From an uncultured bacterium (GTDB lineage Bacteria; Krumholzibacteriota; Krumholzibacteriia; LZORAL124-64-63), in assembly GCA_963727525.1 (NCBI GenBank), contig CAVSGO010000005.1, forward strand, positions 576,001-640,000: a DNA stretch of 64,000 nt, read 5' to 3'. This document shows, one piece after another, positions 29,810 to 39,053 of the stretch; the stretch's first letter is position 1; every line of letters begins with the position of its first letter. The notes under the pieces are model-generated. The model worked only from the letters and a program-made list of their open reading frames with translations, had not been told where the DNA came from and did no database searches. The translations under genes were made by a program, and so were the position numbers.

Positions 29810-31245
29810 CTACACGGTGGCTTCCGCAACAGCGGAGGCGCCATCGCTCGACGCGGTCACGGCGGCAAGCAGGGCGCGAGTCTTCGCCTCTGTCGCCTCC
29901 GTCATGGCGAGAATCGAGATGGCGATTCCAGCCCCGAACCACCAATAGATCTCGTAGAGATCCATTCCGAAGAAACCAAGAACGAGCCGCACAAAGATGA
30001 AACCGGCCGCAGCGTTGGCCGTGGCGGCGAGAAGTTGGAGATCCTCGTAGTGAGAGGCGATCGCCTTGCGAGCGGGTGGTGACAGACCGGACCGGGCGAC
30101 GGCGCGAAGCGGCCGCAATTGCCGCGTCAACTCCCTGTAAGCTCGGAAGTATCCGGCCATCATCGACCACACGAAGTACAGGAATACTGCCAGTCCCTGG
30201 ACGCCAATATTCGTGCCGACTTCGAGATAGAGATTGTGCGTGTCCTGCGTACGGCCGAACCGCTGCGCCCGCACAAGCGGGAAGCAATCAGACCGACGCC
30301 GAGAGGATTCTCACGAAAGATCTCCCAGGCATCTTTCAGGATCTGAATCCGCGTCTCTTTCGAGTGTCCTTCCGCCTCTTCGCCCGTGATGCTCTCGAAA
30401 CGACCAATATATTGCTTGGGTATCGCGAACACGACGATCGGTGTCAAGATGGCAACAGTGACCATGAACCGCTTCTTGCGTTTCGAGCGAGCGAACCAGA
30501 ATACTACCAAGGACACAAGGGCAACGTACGCGGTACGCGATCCGCTGTAGATAACGCAGATAACGGCCGTCACAAGCAGCAACGCCATGAGTCCGCGTAT
30601 CCAGAAATTGCGAAGGACTGGCCAAAGAAAGATCACGAACGGTATTCCACCCATGGCCACGCCACCAAGGCTGTTCGGATGCATGTAGATGGGAACCGCG
30701 CCATGCAGTCGCATCACGCCCTGATTCTGCCAGACAAGGCCACCAGTGATCAGTCCGCGGAAAGCCTCCGACGTGATATAACAGACGGCGAACATGTAAG
30801 CGATCATGAACCACCGCATGTTTCGGGGCGAGCCGATGAGAACTGAAATAAACAAGGTGAGAGCCGCGAACTTGACGACGCGATCGATGAACTCGCGCTT
30901 CGCGATCTCGACCGATGCCGACACCGGGATCTGCAACAGCATGACGCAAAAAAGGAGCACGATCCCGATAACGACATGCTTCCCACGGTCGACTCTCACC
31001 GGGGTTGATGCCATGACGGCGACGGACGTCGCGATGAGCGCCCAGCCCAGGAGGAACTCGAATCGTATGGAAGCGAGGAGCGACGACCGGGCGGGCGCTT
31101 GGACATAGAAATCGAGCACGAACGCCAGGAACATCAGTGTTGCCATAACAGGCGGCTCGCGGTAGAAGGACGTCCGTCTTGCCTTCACGGTGCCCGTCTC
31201 GCTAGCGGATGGGTTGAGGGTGCGCTTCGCGGACGTCACGTTCAC
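29810..31245 (-). CDS. O-antigen ligase/Wzy-like membrane protein, frameshifted near 30282
   Basis: HPNSLG, SGSRTA and ENPLGVG in one frame; DTHNLYLEV..IGVQGL in another. One added base joins them (GVGLIAFPLVRAQRFGRTQDTHN). Confidence 0.82.
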
Positions 31246-31251
31246 AGGAAC

Positions 31252-32240
31252 CTACCAGTCACTGTCGAGATAGGTGATCCGCCAGCGCTCGGGGTCTTTC
31301 GGCAAGCTCGGGGCATTTGCGGTATCGACGAACAGAGCGCCGCTGAAACCACGCTTGAGGCCCAGCCACGGCCGGCTATCGAGACGCCTACGTCGAATCT
31401 CCCACAGATCGACACTATCTGCCATGTCCTGGTTCTCGATCCAGGAAAGAAAAGCCGGAAGGACCCATTCGCCCCTCTGGTAAGGCAGATATCGATGATC
31501 TCGAACTGGCGTCCAATGCGTTTGATCACCAGGAACCCGACATCGGGCCCCCCGGCGTCATTGACGACGACCAGAGCGAGATCGTCGCGTGGGTGGTCGA
31601 GTACGCGCCATTTTACGAACACGCGGTCACGAGCGCCGTGCATGACTTCTACGCCCGCAGGAGGATCGACCGGTCCGTCGGCGATCGAGAACGCATAGCC
31701 GTCTCCGCGCATCACGGTCGCCGCCACGCGCGTCACGACGAGCGGCAAACCCATCGGCAATGCCAACCATGGTCTTCCCACTCGCCTCGCCACCGCTCCC
31801 GGCCTGAGCACGAATGTCCGCATGAGGAAGTGCCCCAGCATCGTCCACCCCGCATGAGCGTGCGCCTGCACCGATGACGCCAGGGACGGGAAGCTCAGGT
31901 AGAAGTATTCCTGGCCTTCCAGCCAATCTGGGCGTTGCTGGCGCAGGAATGCCATGACGTCGTTGAAGAGGCCTTTGCCGCGGATTTCCTTGCCCATCAA
32001 TCCGTCGACGGTCTGGAGGCCGATGATCTCTTTGTCCTGGTAGCGGAAGCGTTGGGGGATGATGGCGACGGCGCCGACGAGCTGGCCCTTGTCCACCATC
32101 TTGTAGATCAGGGCCTCTCCGACCGGGTTCTGGAAGAACTTCCAGTCGAAGTATTCGCGTTTGGTCAGGGCGAAATTGTATTTCGCGTAGAGGGAGACCA
32201 GGTCGTCGTATTCGTCGGGGTGGGCTTTCAGGATCTCCAT
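31252..32240 (-). CDS. GNAT-family acyltransferase, frameshifted near 31473
   Basis: FDWKFFQNP and DGLMGKEIRGKGLF motifs. Adding one G to a G4 run gives the C-terminus WVLPAFLSWIE...WRITYLDSDW*, matching the DSD ending of the other GNAT. Confidence 0.7.
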
Positions 32241-32242
32241 CG

Positions 32243-33277
32243 TCAGCCTCGTGCGGGGGCCCGGCGGCGGGACAGGAGCATGCGGTTGATGCGGTAGCCG
32301 AGGACCGCGGTGGTGTCGAAGCCGCCCACCAGGAGGCGGGGCAGGGCCATGGGATCGTCGTCGGGGGACACCGCAGCGGGTTTGACCGTGAAGGCGCGGG
32401 TGTAGCCGCAGGTGCGGGCCATCTCGCGTTCGCGGGGGCCGTGCTCGCCGTTCGGGTAGGCGAGGTCATGGACGTCGGACTCGAGCAGTTCCGTGAGGAT
32501 GCGGCGAGAGTCTTCCAGGCTGGCGCGCAGGGCGTTGTCGTCGAGTTGCACCAGGATGTCGTGCGGGTGGCCGTGCGAGGCGAAGTGGCAGAGGGGATCG
32601 GCGGCCATGGCGAGCAGCTCGGCGCGGTTCAGGGGGCGGCAGCGGTCCTCCACCGTGGGCATGGCGAGGGGGGACAGTTCCTCGATGTCGGCGATCACGC
32701 CGGCCACGCGGGGGTCGGTGGCGGGGCCGATCGACTTCAGCGCGGTCAGGAGGCCGTCGATGTCGTCCCAGCGCTCGTGGGGCGGGTAGGCGCGCAGGCC
32801 CACCACCCCGAGGTCGCGGCGTCGCAGGTCGAGGCGGCGGGTGTCGCCGTAGAGCAGCGGGCCGGTGATGCGATCGAACCAGAAGACCTCGCCGCTCTCC
32901 AGGTGGGCGGTCGAGACGAAGAACAGGGCCGGCGTGCCGTGGCGCTTCAGGATGGGCCAGGCGAGGTCGTGGTTGTTGCGGTAGCCGTCGTCGAAGGTGA
33001 TCAGGATACGCAGCTCGCCGCGGCGGGCGGGCGTGTCCAGCTCGTCGGGCGCGATGAAGCGGCCCACGCGGCCAAGCCAGCGGAGATGGCGGTCGAACTG
33101 GTCCGCGCTCGGGCGCATCCAGGACGGAGGATCGGCGGGGACGCGCAGATCGTGGTAGCAGAGCACGATCGTCGCGCCATCGAGCAACAGGAGCTGGCGC
33201 GTGAGCGCCCGCGCTCCGAATGCCGATTTGATCAGGCGTCGCACCATCGGGCTCCTGCTTCCGCTAGCTGGCCGCAT
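32243..33277 (-). CDS. Second polysaccharide deacetylase
   Basis: VLCYHD, ITFDDGYRNN, ASHGHPHDIL and LAYPNG motifs; start may be about 30 nt further in (MVRR). Confidence 0.9.
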   Translation of the reverse strand: MRPASGSRSPMVRRLIKSAFGARALTRQLLLLDGATIVLCYHDLRVPADPPSWMRPSADQFDRHLRWLGRVGRFIAPDELDTPARRGELRILITFDDGYRNNHDLAWPILKRHGTPALFFVSTAHLESGEVFWFDRITGPLLYGDTRRLDLRRRDLGVVGLRAYPPHERWDDIDGLLTALKSIGPATDPRVAGVIADIEELSPLAMPTVEDRCRPLNRAELLAMAADPLCHFASHGHPHDILVQLDDNALRASLEDSRRILTELLESDVHDLAYPNGEHGPREREMARTCGYTRAFTVKPAAVSPDDDPMALPRLLVGGFDTTAVLGYRINRMLLSRRRAPARG

Positions 33278-34377
33278 CGTAGGCCTCGAGGTACCCCTCG
33301 CCCATGGCGTCCAGTGTATAGCGTGTCCTTTGCTCCTGGGCGGCGGCGGTGGACAGGCGCCGGCTCAGGTCGGGTTCGTCGGCCAGGCGGCGCAGGGCGT
33401 TGGCGAGGGAGGAGGCGTCGCCGACGGGGATGAGCAGGCCCGTCTCGCCGTTGCGCAGCACCTCCGCCAGGCCGCCCACGTCCGAGGCCACGGCCGGCAG
33501 ACCCAGGGACATCGCCTCGAGCAGGGTATAGGGTAAGCCTTCGTGAAGGGATGGCATCACCAGAGCGTCGGCGTGGGCCATGACGGCCTCGACATCGCGG
33601 CGGAAGCCGTGGAACGTCACGCGGTCGGCCACGCCGAGGGCGGCGGCGAGGGCCTGCAGGTCATCGCGCAGGCCGCCGTCGCCCACGAGATCGAGATGCC
33701 ACGGACGATGCGCCGCCGGCAGAAGGGTCAACGCCTCGATGGCCGTGGCCAGGCTCTTGACACGCGTGAGGCGGCCCACGGCGACGGCGTGACGGCGGTC
33801 GGGAACCAGGGGCGGGTCGGGCGCGGGCTGGGCGTCGCGGTCGAGGGAGGCGATGCCGTTGCGTACGGTGCGCAGAGTGAGGTTGCCGTAGCGATGGGCG
33901 TGGCGGCCACGCAGATCGGCAGTGACGAAGCAGATCGACCGCGCGGCGGCGGCGGCAGGCCCAGGCCTCGGCGGTGCGGTAGCTCCAGTCCTTGGCGAAG
34001 GCCTTCACCATGCGCCACGAGGGTTCGCCCTGACCATGCAGGGTGCACACCATGGGACGGCGCGTCGGCGTCAAGGCGGTGTTCACGGCGGCGCGGTAAC
34101 CGTGTACGTGAACGAGGCTGGCGCCGTGGGCGTGGAGCTCCTGGTCGAGCCTGCGCGGACCCGCCAGGTCCCAGCTACTGCGGGTGGCGATGACGGTGAC
34201 GGGCAGGTTCTCGGTGCGGCAATACCCGGCCAGCTCGCGGTCGTGAAACACGAACACGCGCGGCGAGAGGCCCCGGTCGCGCAGGAAGGCGCCCAGGCCC
34301 AGCACGTGGCGCTCGGCACCGCCAAATAGCTCGCCGGCCGCCACGATGGCCACCGGACCCGTCACACTCGCCAACAT
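33264..34377 (-). CDS. Glycosyltransferase family 4, frameshifted near 33936
   Basis: N-half FGGAERH, VHVHG, TLHG (GAGGAG RBS, ATG 34377); shifted frame continues ICFVTADL..VRNGI..VGRLTRVK..SLHEGLPYTLLEAM. Confidence 0.85.
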
Positions 34378-34533
34378 CGCCTCCTCGATCACGAAGCCGC
34401 GCCAGCATAGCAGTACGCGTGCCAGGGAGCCAGCCTGCCGTGGCCCGTCGTTCTGGCCAATCCGCTCCTGGCAAAGACGGGAGCGAGCGGCTACGCTTCG
34501 CGCGACCAGCCTTCCCGACCCCAGGAGTCGACC

Positions 34534-36330
34534 GTGACGGCAGACGACGACAAGCAACGCCCCCGCTTCGGCATCAAGCGCCTGCGCCCCTATGTGTCCG
34601 TGCTGCGCGGGCATGAGGGGGAGCTGGCGTTGATGGTGGCGTTCATGCTCGTGTCCACGGCTGTGAGCCTGGCGATTCCGGTGTTTGCGGGGCGATTCGT
34701 CGATGCGCTCAAGGCGTCGGGCGGGGGGGTGCGGTCGCAGTTCATCGTCATTCTCGGGGTGCTGCTCGTCCTGCAGCTCATCGGCAGTTTCTGGTACCAG
34801 GTGGTGTCGAACCGGCTGAGTCTGCGCATCGTGGTGGGGCTGCGGCGGCGCGTATTTGCGCACCTGCTCGAGCTGCCGTGCCTGTATTTTACCAGCCACA
34901 AGCCGGGCGACCTGTCGAGCCGGGTGACGTCGGACGTGGGCAGCATCCAGTACCTGCTCACTGGCGGCATGATTGCGCTGATCCGGGCCATGGTCACGCT
35001 GGTGGGCGCGCTCATCCTCATGGTGAAGCTCAACGCGCGGCTCACCGGCGTGGTGGTGTTGCTGGTGCCGGCCACGATCATCCTCGTGCAGCTCTTCGGG
35101 CGGCGTCTGCATCGCCTGTCGCGGCGCATGTACGACGAGCTTGGGCAGCTCAGCGACCACGTGCAGGAGCTGGCCGGCGCCATCCGCGTGGTGAAGGTCT
35201 TCAATAGCCAGCCCAGCGAGCTGGCGCGTTTCGACGGCCTGCTCGGCCGTTTCCTCGATGCGGGCGTGAAGCGGGTGTGGCTCTCGGCAGCGCTGGAGTC
35301 GGGCGCGCAGATCCTGCTGTGGATCTGCATGATCACCGTGGTGGTGTACGGGTTCGCGCTGTCGGGGCAGGGCAAGACCACCTACGGCGAACTGGTGACG
35401 TTCCTGCTCCTGGCCTTCAGGGTGGCCTCGCCGCTCGGCTCCCTCACGAGCCTCTACGCCTCGGCCCAGGGCGCGGCGGCGGCGGCCGATCGCCTCGACG
35501 ATGTCTTCGACGTGGCGCCGGAGTCGGATCTCGGCGCCGGGATGCCGACGAGCGGCCCCACCCCCGACGCCTCCCAGCCTGGTGCCATCCGCGCCGAGGG
35601 GGTGAGCTTCGGCTACCGCGACGAGGCCGACGCCGCGCCTGTGGTGGCCGACCTCGACTTCACCATCGCCGCCGGCGAGAAGGTGGCCCTGGTGGGCCCG
35701 AGCGGTGCAGGGAAGACCACCGTGACGGGCCTGATCATGCGACTCTTCGATCCCCACGCGGGCCGCCTCTTTCTCGACGACCGGCCCTACGACACCATCC
35801 CCCTGCGCGCCCTGCGCGGGCGCATGGCCTACGTGGCCCAGGATCCGGTGCTCTACGATGCCAGTGTGGCCGACAACATCCGCTTCGGGCTGAGCGGCGC
35901 GAACGACGACGCCGTGCGCCAGGCGGCGCAGCGGGCCCAGGCCCTCGCCTTCATCAACGCCCTGCCTGAGGGGCTGGCCACGCGTGTGGGGCCGCACGGT
36001 GTGCGCCTCAGCGGCGGCGAGCGGCAGCGGCTGGCGCTCGCCCGGGCCTTCCTGCGGGATCCGGGGATCCTCATCCTCGACGAGCCCACCAGCGCCCTGG
36101 ATGCCGCCAGCGAGGAAGCCGTGCGCCTGGCGATGGCCGAGTTGATGGCCGGGCGGACAGTGATCGTGGTGGCCCACCGCCTGTCCCTGGTGCGGGATCT
36201 CGACCGTATCCTCGTGCTACGGGGCGGCCGCCTGGTGGAGGCCGGCAGCCACGCCGAACTCCTGGCGAATAAGGGTCTCTATGCCCTGTTATACGGATTT
36301 CAACAGGGCCAACCCGGTACGCCGCAATGA
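34534..36330 (+). CDS. ABC exporter, fused TMD-NBD (MsbA-like)
   Basis: About six TM helices, GPSGAGKT, LSGGERQR, DEPTSALD and AHRLS motifs; no C39 peptidase domain. Confidence 0.93.
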   Translation: MTADDDKQRPRFGIKRLRPYVSVLRGHEGELALMVAFMLVSTAVSLAIPVFAGRFVDALKASGGGVRSQFIVILGVLLVLQLIGSFWYQVVSNRLSLRIVVGLRRRVFAHLLELPCLYFTSHKPGDLSSRVTSDVGSIQYLLTGGMIALIRAMVTLVGALILMVKLNARLTGVVVLLVPATIILVQLFGRRLHRLSRRMYDELGQLSDHVQELAGAIRVVKVFNSQPSELARFDGLLGRFLDAGVKRVWLSAALESGAQILLWICMITVVVYGFALSGQGKTTYGELVTFLLLAFRVASPLGSLTSLYASAQGAAAAADRLDDVFDVAPESDLGAGMPTSGPTPDASQPGAIRAEGVSFGYRDEADAAPVVADLDFTIAAGEKVALVGPSGAGKTTVTGLIMRLFDPHAGRLFLDDRPYDTIPLRALRGRMAYVAQDPVLYDASVADNIRFGLSGANDDAVRQAAQRAQALAFINALPEGLATRVGPHGVRLSGGERQRLALARAFLRDPGILILDEPTSALDAASEEAVRLAMAELMAGRTVIVVAHRLSLVRDLDRILVLRGGRLVEAGSHAELLANKGLYALLYGFQQGQPGTPQ

Positions 36331-36346
36331 TTTTCGACGATCTTGG

Positions 36347-36375
36347 TTGACGTTTACAACAACACATGTTAAACT
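36347..36375 (+). promoter_or_regulatory. Sigma70 promoter with extended -10 for the small peptide gene
   Basis: TTGACG-N17-TAAACT with TGn before the -10, in an AT-rich patch. Confidence 0.75.
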
Positions 36376-36426
36376 CTCGGAGCTGTGGATGAGCGAAGGC
36401 CATCCGAACGCAGAGGAGTACGAGCA

Positions 36427-36579
36427 ATGTCGAAGCTGAATTACACCAAGCCGCTCCTCAGGAGCCAGACGCTGCAGGTTGGCGTGTTTGGCGTCTATGG
36501 CGAGGGCGAAGGTGAAGGTGGCGGTGGCAGCCCGCATCCCGTGAAGATCATTGACCACTTCCATATGAGCATGGAGTAG
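36427..36579 (+). CDS. 50-aa peptide, candidate RiPP precursor
   Basis: MSKLNYTKPLLRSQTLQVGVFGVYGEGEGEGGGGSPHPVKIIDHFHMSME; GAGGAG RBS 8 nt upstream; own promoter and terminator; YxxPxL motif. Confidence 0.75.
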   Translation: MSKLNYTKPLLRSQTLQVGVFGVYGEGEGEGGGGSPHPVKIIDHFHMSME

Positions 36580-36601
36580 TCAGCGTCACCGAAGCGGATA
36601 T

Positions 36602-36653
36602 GCAAGAGATAAAGCCGGCGAGCCTGGGGAGGCTGAGCCGGCTTTCTCTTTGC
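36602..36653. terminator. Probable bidirectional intrinsic terminator
   Basis: AAAGCCGGC-g-AGCCT-gggg-AGGCT-ga-GCCGGCTTT followed by CTCTTT; between the convergent peptide gene and hemL. Confidence 0.75.
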
Positions 36654-36680
36654 GGTCCGGTCATGCGCGGCGGAAACGAA

Positions 36681-37973
36681 TCAGGCGACGGTCTCTCGTA
36701 AGGCCCCCGCGAGCGCGTCGCCCAGACGCACCACATCGCTGCGGGTCATCACCGCGTTCAGGAATCCTACCTCCCAGCCCGACGGCGCCATGTACACGCC
36801 GGCGTCCAGGAGCTTGGCCTGCATGTCGGCGTAGCGCGCCATGCCGTCGGGCAGCACGTCCTCCACGCGGCGGGGCGACTCGGGCTGCATCGCCAGCCAG
36901 AAGATCGACCCCTCGCGCACGAATGCGGCGCCAGTGGCCTGAGCCACCGGCGCAACGACCTCCTCCAGGAGCTGGCCGTGCGCCTCGAGCTGGCGGTAGA
37001 CCTCGCCGTCGCCTAGCAATCCGAGCGCGGCGGCACCGGCGGCCATGGCCACCGGGTTGCCCGAAAGCGTGCCCGCCTGGTACACGGCACCCAGCGGTGC
37101 CAGCATCTGCATGATGTCGCGCCGGCCGCCGAATGCCCCGACGGGCATGCCTCCGCCGATGATCTTGCCGAAGGTAGCCAGGTCGGGCGTGATGCCGGTG
37201 GCGGCCGCGGCCCCGCCCAGACCCAGGCGGAAGCCGGAGATGACCTCGTCGAAGATGAGCAGGGCCCCGTGGTCGCGCGTGACGTCGCGCAGGCACTGCA
37301 GGAACGGCAACCGCTGCAGGAGCAGGCCCGAGTTGGCGGGCACGGGTTCGATGATGACCGCCGCAACCGTGTCGCCGTGCTCGGCGAAGAACTGGCGCAC
37401 GGCGGCCTCGTCGTCGAGGGAGAGCACGGCTGTGTCGGCCACCGCGTGCGCAGGCACGCCGGCCGACGACGTCTGCCCGAAGGTGACCAGGCCGCTCCCG
37501 CCAGCCACGAGCAGCGCGTCGCTGTGGCCGTGGTAGCAGCCGTTGAACTTGACGATGACGTCGCGTTTCGTGAAGCCGCGGGCCAGGCGCACCGCCGCCA
37601 TCACAGCCTCGGTGCCGCTACTGACGAATCGCACCTGTTCGCAGCCCGGATAACTCGCCGTGACCATCTCGGCGAGCGTGATCTCGGCCTCGCACGGCGC
37701 GCCGAAGGTGAGGCCACGGCGCGCGGCGCGGACAACGGCGTCCAGCACCACGGGATGCGCGTGGCCGAGGATGAGCGGGCCCCAGGAGCCGCAGCAGTCG
37801 AGGTAGCAGTTGCCATCGGCGTCCCACAGGTGGGCGCCTTCGCCGCGCGCGATGAACAGGGGCGTACCATGCACGGAACGGAACGCCCGCACCGGCGAGT
37901 TCACGCCGGCGGGGATCAACTCGCAGGCGCGTTCGTAGAGCGCGGTCGAGGCGGTGCGTTTCACGCTCGTCAT
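36681..37973 (-). CDS. hemL: Glutamate-1-semialdehyde 2,1-aminomutase
   Basis: GVNSPVRAF, SWGPLILGH, SGTEA, GCYHGH, FDEVISGFR, FGKIIGGG and YQAGTLSGNP motifs. Confidence 0.96.
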   Translation of the reverse strand: MTSVKRTASTALYERACELIPAGVNSPVRAFRSVHGTPLFIARGEGAHLWDADGNCYLDCCGSWGPLILGHAHPVVLDAVVRAARRGLTFGAPCEAEITLAEMVTASYPGCEQVRFVSSGTEAVMAAVRLARGFTKRDVIVKFNGCYHGHSDALLVAGGSGLVTFGQTSSAGVPAHAVADTAVLSLDDEAAVRQFFAEHGDTVAAVIIEPVPANSGLLLQRLPFLQCLRDVTRDHGALLIFDEVISGFRLGLGGAAAATGITPDLATFGKIIGGGMPVGAFGGRRDIMQMLAPLGAVYQAGTLSGNPVAMAAGAAALGLLGDGEVYRQLEAHGQLLEEVVAPVAQATGAAFVREGSIFWLAMQPESPRRVEDVLPDGMARYADMQAKLLDAGVYMAPSGWEVGFLNAVMTRSDVVRLGDALAGALRETVA

Positions 37974-38998
37974 CGGAGCCAGCCCTCTCGCAGTGCGTCA
38001 CGACCGTGGTAGGTGATCAGGATGTTCGCACCCGCGCGGGCCATGGCGTGCAGGTTCTCGCGCACCACGCGGGCCTCGTCGATCCAGCCGGCCTGGGCCG
38101 CGGCCTTCACCATGGAGAACTCGCCGCTCACGTTGTAGCAGGCCAGGGGCAACGTGGTGATCTCGCGTACGGCGCGGATCACGTCGAGGTACGCCAGGGC
38201 CGGCTTCACCATGACGATATCGGCGCCCTCGGCCTCGTCTAGGCGCACCTCGCGCAGAGCCTCGCGCACGTTGCGCGGATCCATCTGGTAGGAGCGGCGA
38301 TCGCCGAACGACGGCGCGCTGTCGGCGGCCTCGCGGAACGGGCCGTAATAACCCGACGCGTACTTGGCCGAGTAGGCCATGATCGCCACGTCGGTGAAGC
38401 CCTGCATGTCGAGGGCCACGCGGATGGCCTCCACGCGTCCGTCCATCATATCCGACGGCGCCACGATGTCGGCGCCCGCGGCGGCGCAGATGGCCGACAT
38501 GCTCGCGAGCTGGCCCAGGGTGCTGTCGTTGTCGACCACCTCGCCGTCGAGGATACCGCAGTGCCCGTGATCGGTGTAGGCACACAGGCAGACGTCGACG
38601 CCCACGAGCAGGTCATCGCCGAATGCCTTCTTCAAGGCCGTCACGGCGACGGGCACGGGGCCGTCGGGATCGAGCGCGCTGTCTCCCTCGGGCGACTTGT
38701 CGGCCGGCAGACCGAAGAGCAGCACCTGGCGCAGACCCAGCTCGAGGTCCTGCTCCACTGTCTTCAGCAGCATGTCCGGGCTCTCGCGGCGAATGCCGGG
38801 CATGGCGCCGATGTCCTCGCGCTTGCCGCTGCCGGGCAACACGAAGTGCGGCGTGCACAGCATGTCGGGGTACACGTGCGTCTCGGCGACGACCTCGCGC
38901 AGGACGTCGGTGCGGCGCAGACGGCGCGGGCGGACGAGCCCCGGCGCAGGGATCTCCATGATTTCGTCGTGATCGTGGTCGTGGTGCGAGTGAGTCAT
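37970..38998 (-). CDS. hemB: Porphobilinogen synthase (Zn-type)
   Basis: RPRRLR, DVCLCAYTDHGHCG, APSDMMDGRV, YGPFREA, MVKPAL and YNVSGE motifs. Confidence 0.96.
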   Translation of the reverse strand: MTHSHHDHDHDEIMEIPAPGLVRPRRLRRTDVLREVVAETHVYPDMLCTPHFVLPGSGKREDIGAMPGIRRESPDMLLKTVEQDLELGLRQVLLFGLPADKSPEGDSALDPDGPVPVAVTALKKAFGDDLLVGVDVCLCAYTDHGHCGILDGEVVDNDSTLGQLASMSAICAAAGADIVAPSDMMDGRVEAIRVALDMQGFTDVAIMAYSAKYASGYYGPFREAADSAPSFGDRRSYQMDPRNVREALREVRLDEAEGADIVMVKPALAYLDVIRAVREITTLPLACYNVSGEFSMVKAAAQAGWIDEARVVRENLHAMARAGANILITYHGRDALREGWLR

Positions 38999-39053
38999 AC
39001 CGCTTGCCTCCGCAACTTTGGCTTCCAGGAACCTACTGCTTACGTGATGTCGA

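Noticed and set aside
33661-36177. 838-aa minus-strand ORF
   Set aside because: Its first part is the antisense shadow of the ABC exporter; only the part from 34377 is real (GT4 N-half).
36427-36579. Definitive lasso peptide cluster call
   Set aside because: No Thr at -2 and no RRE or B2 peptidase in the window; kept only as a candidate.
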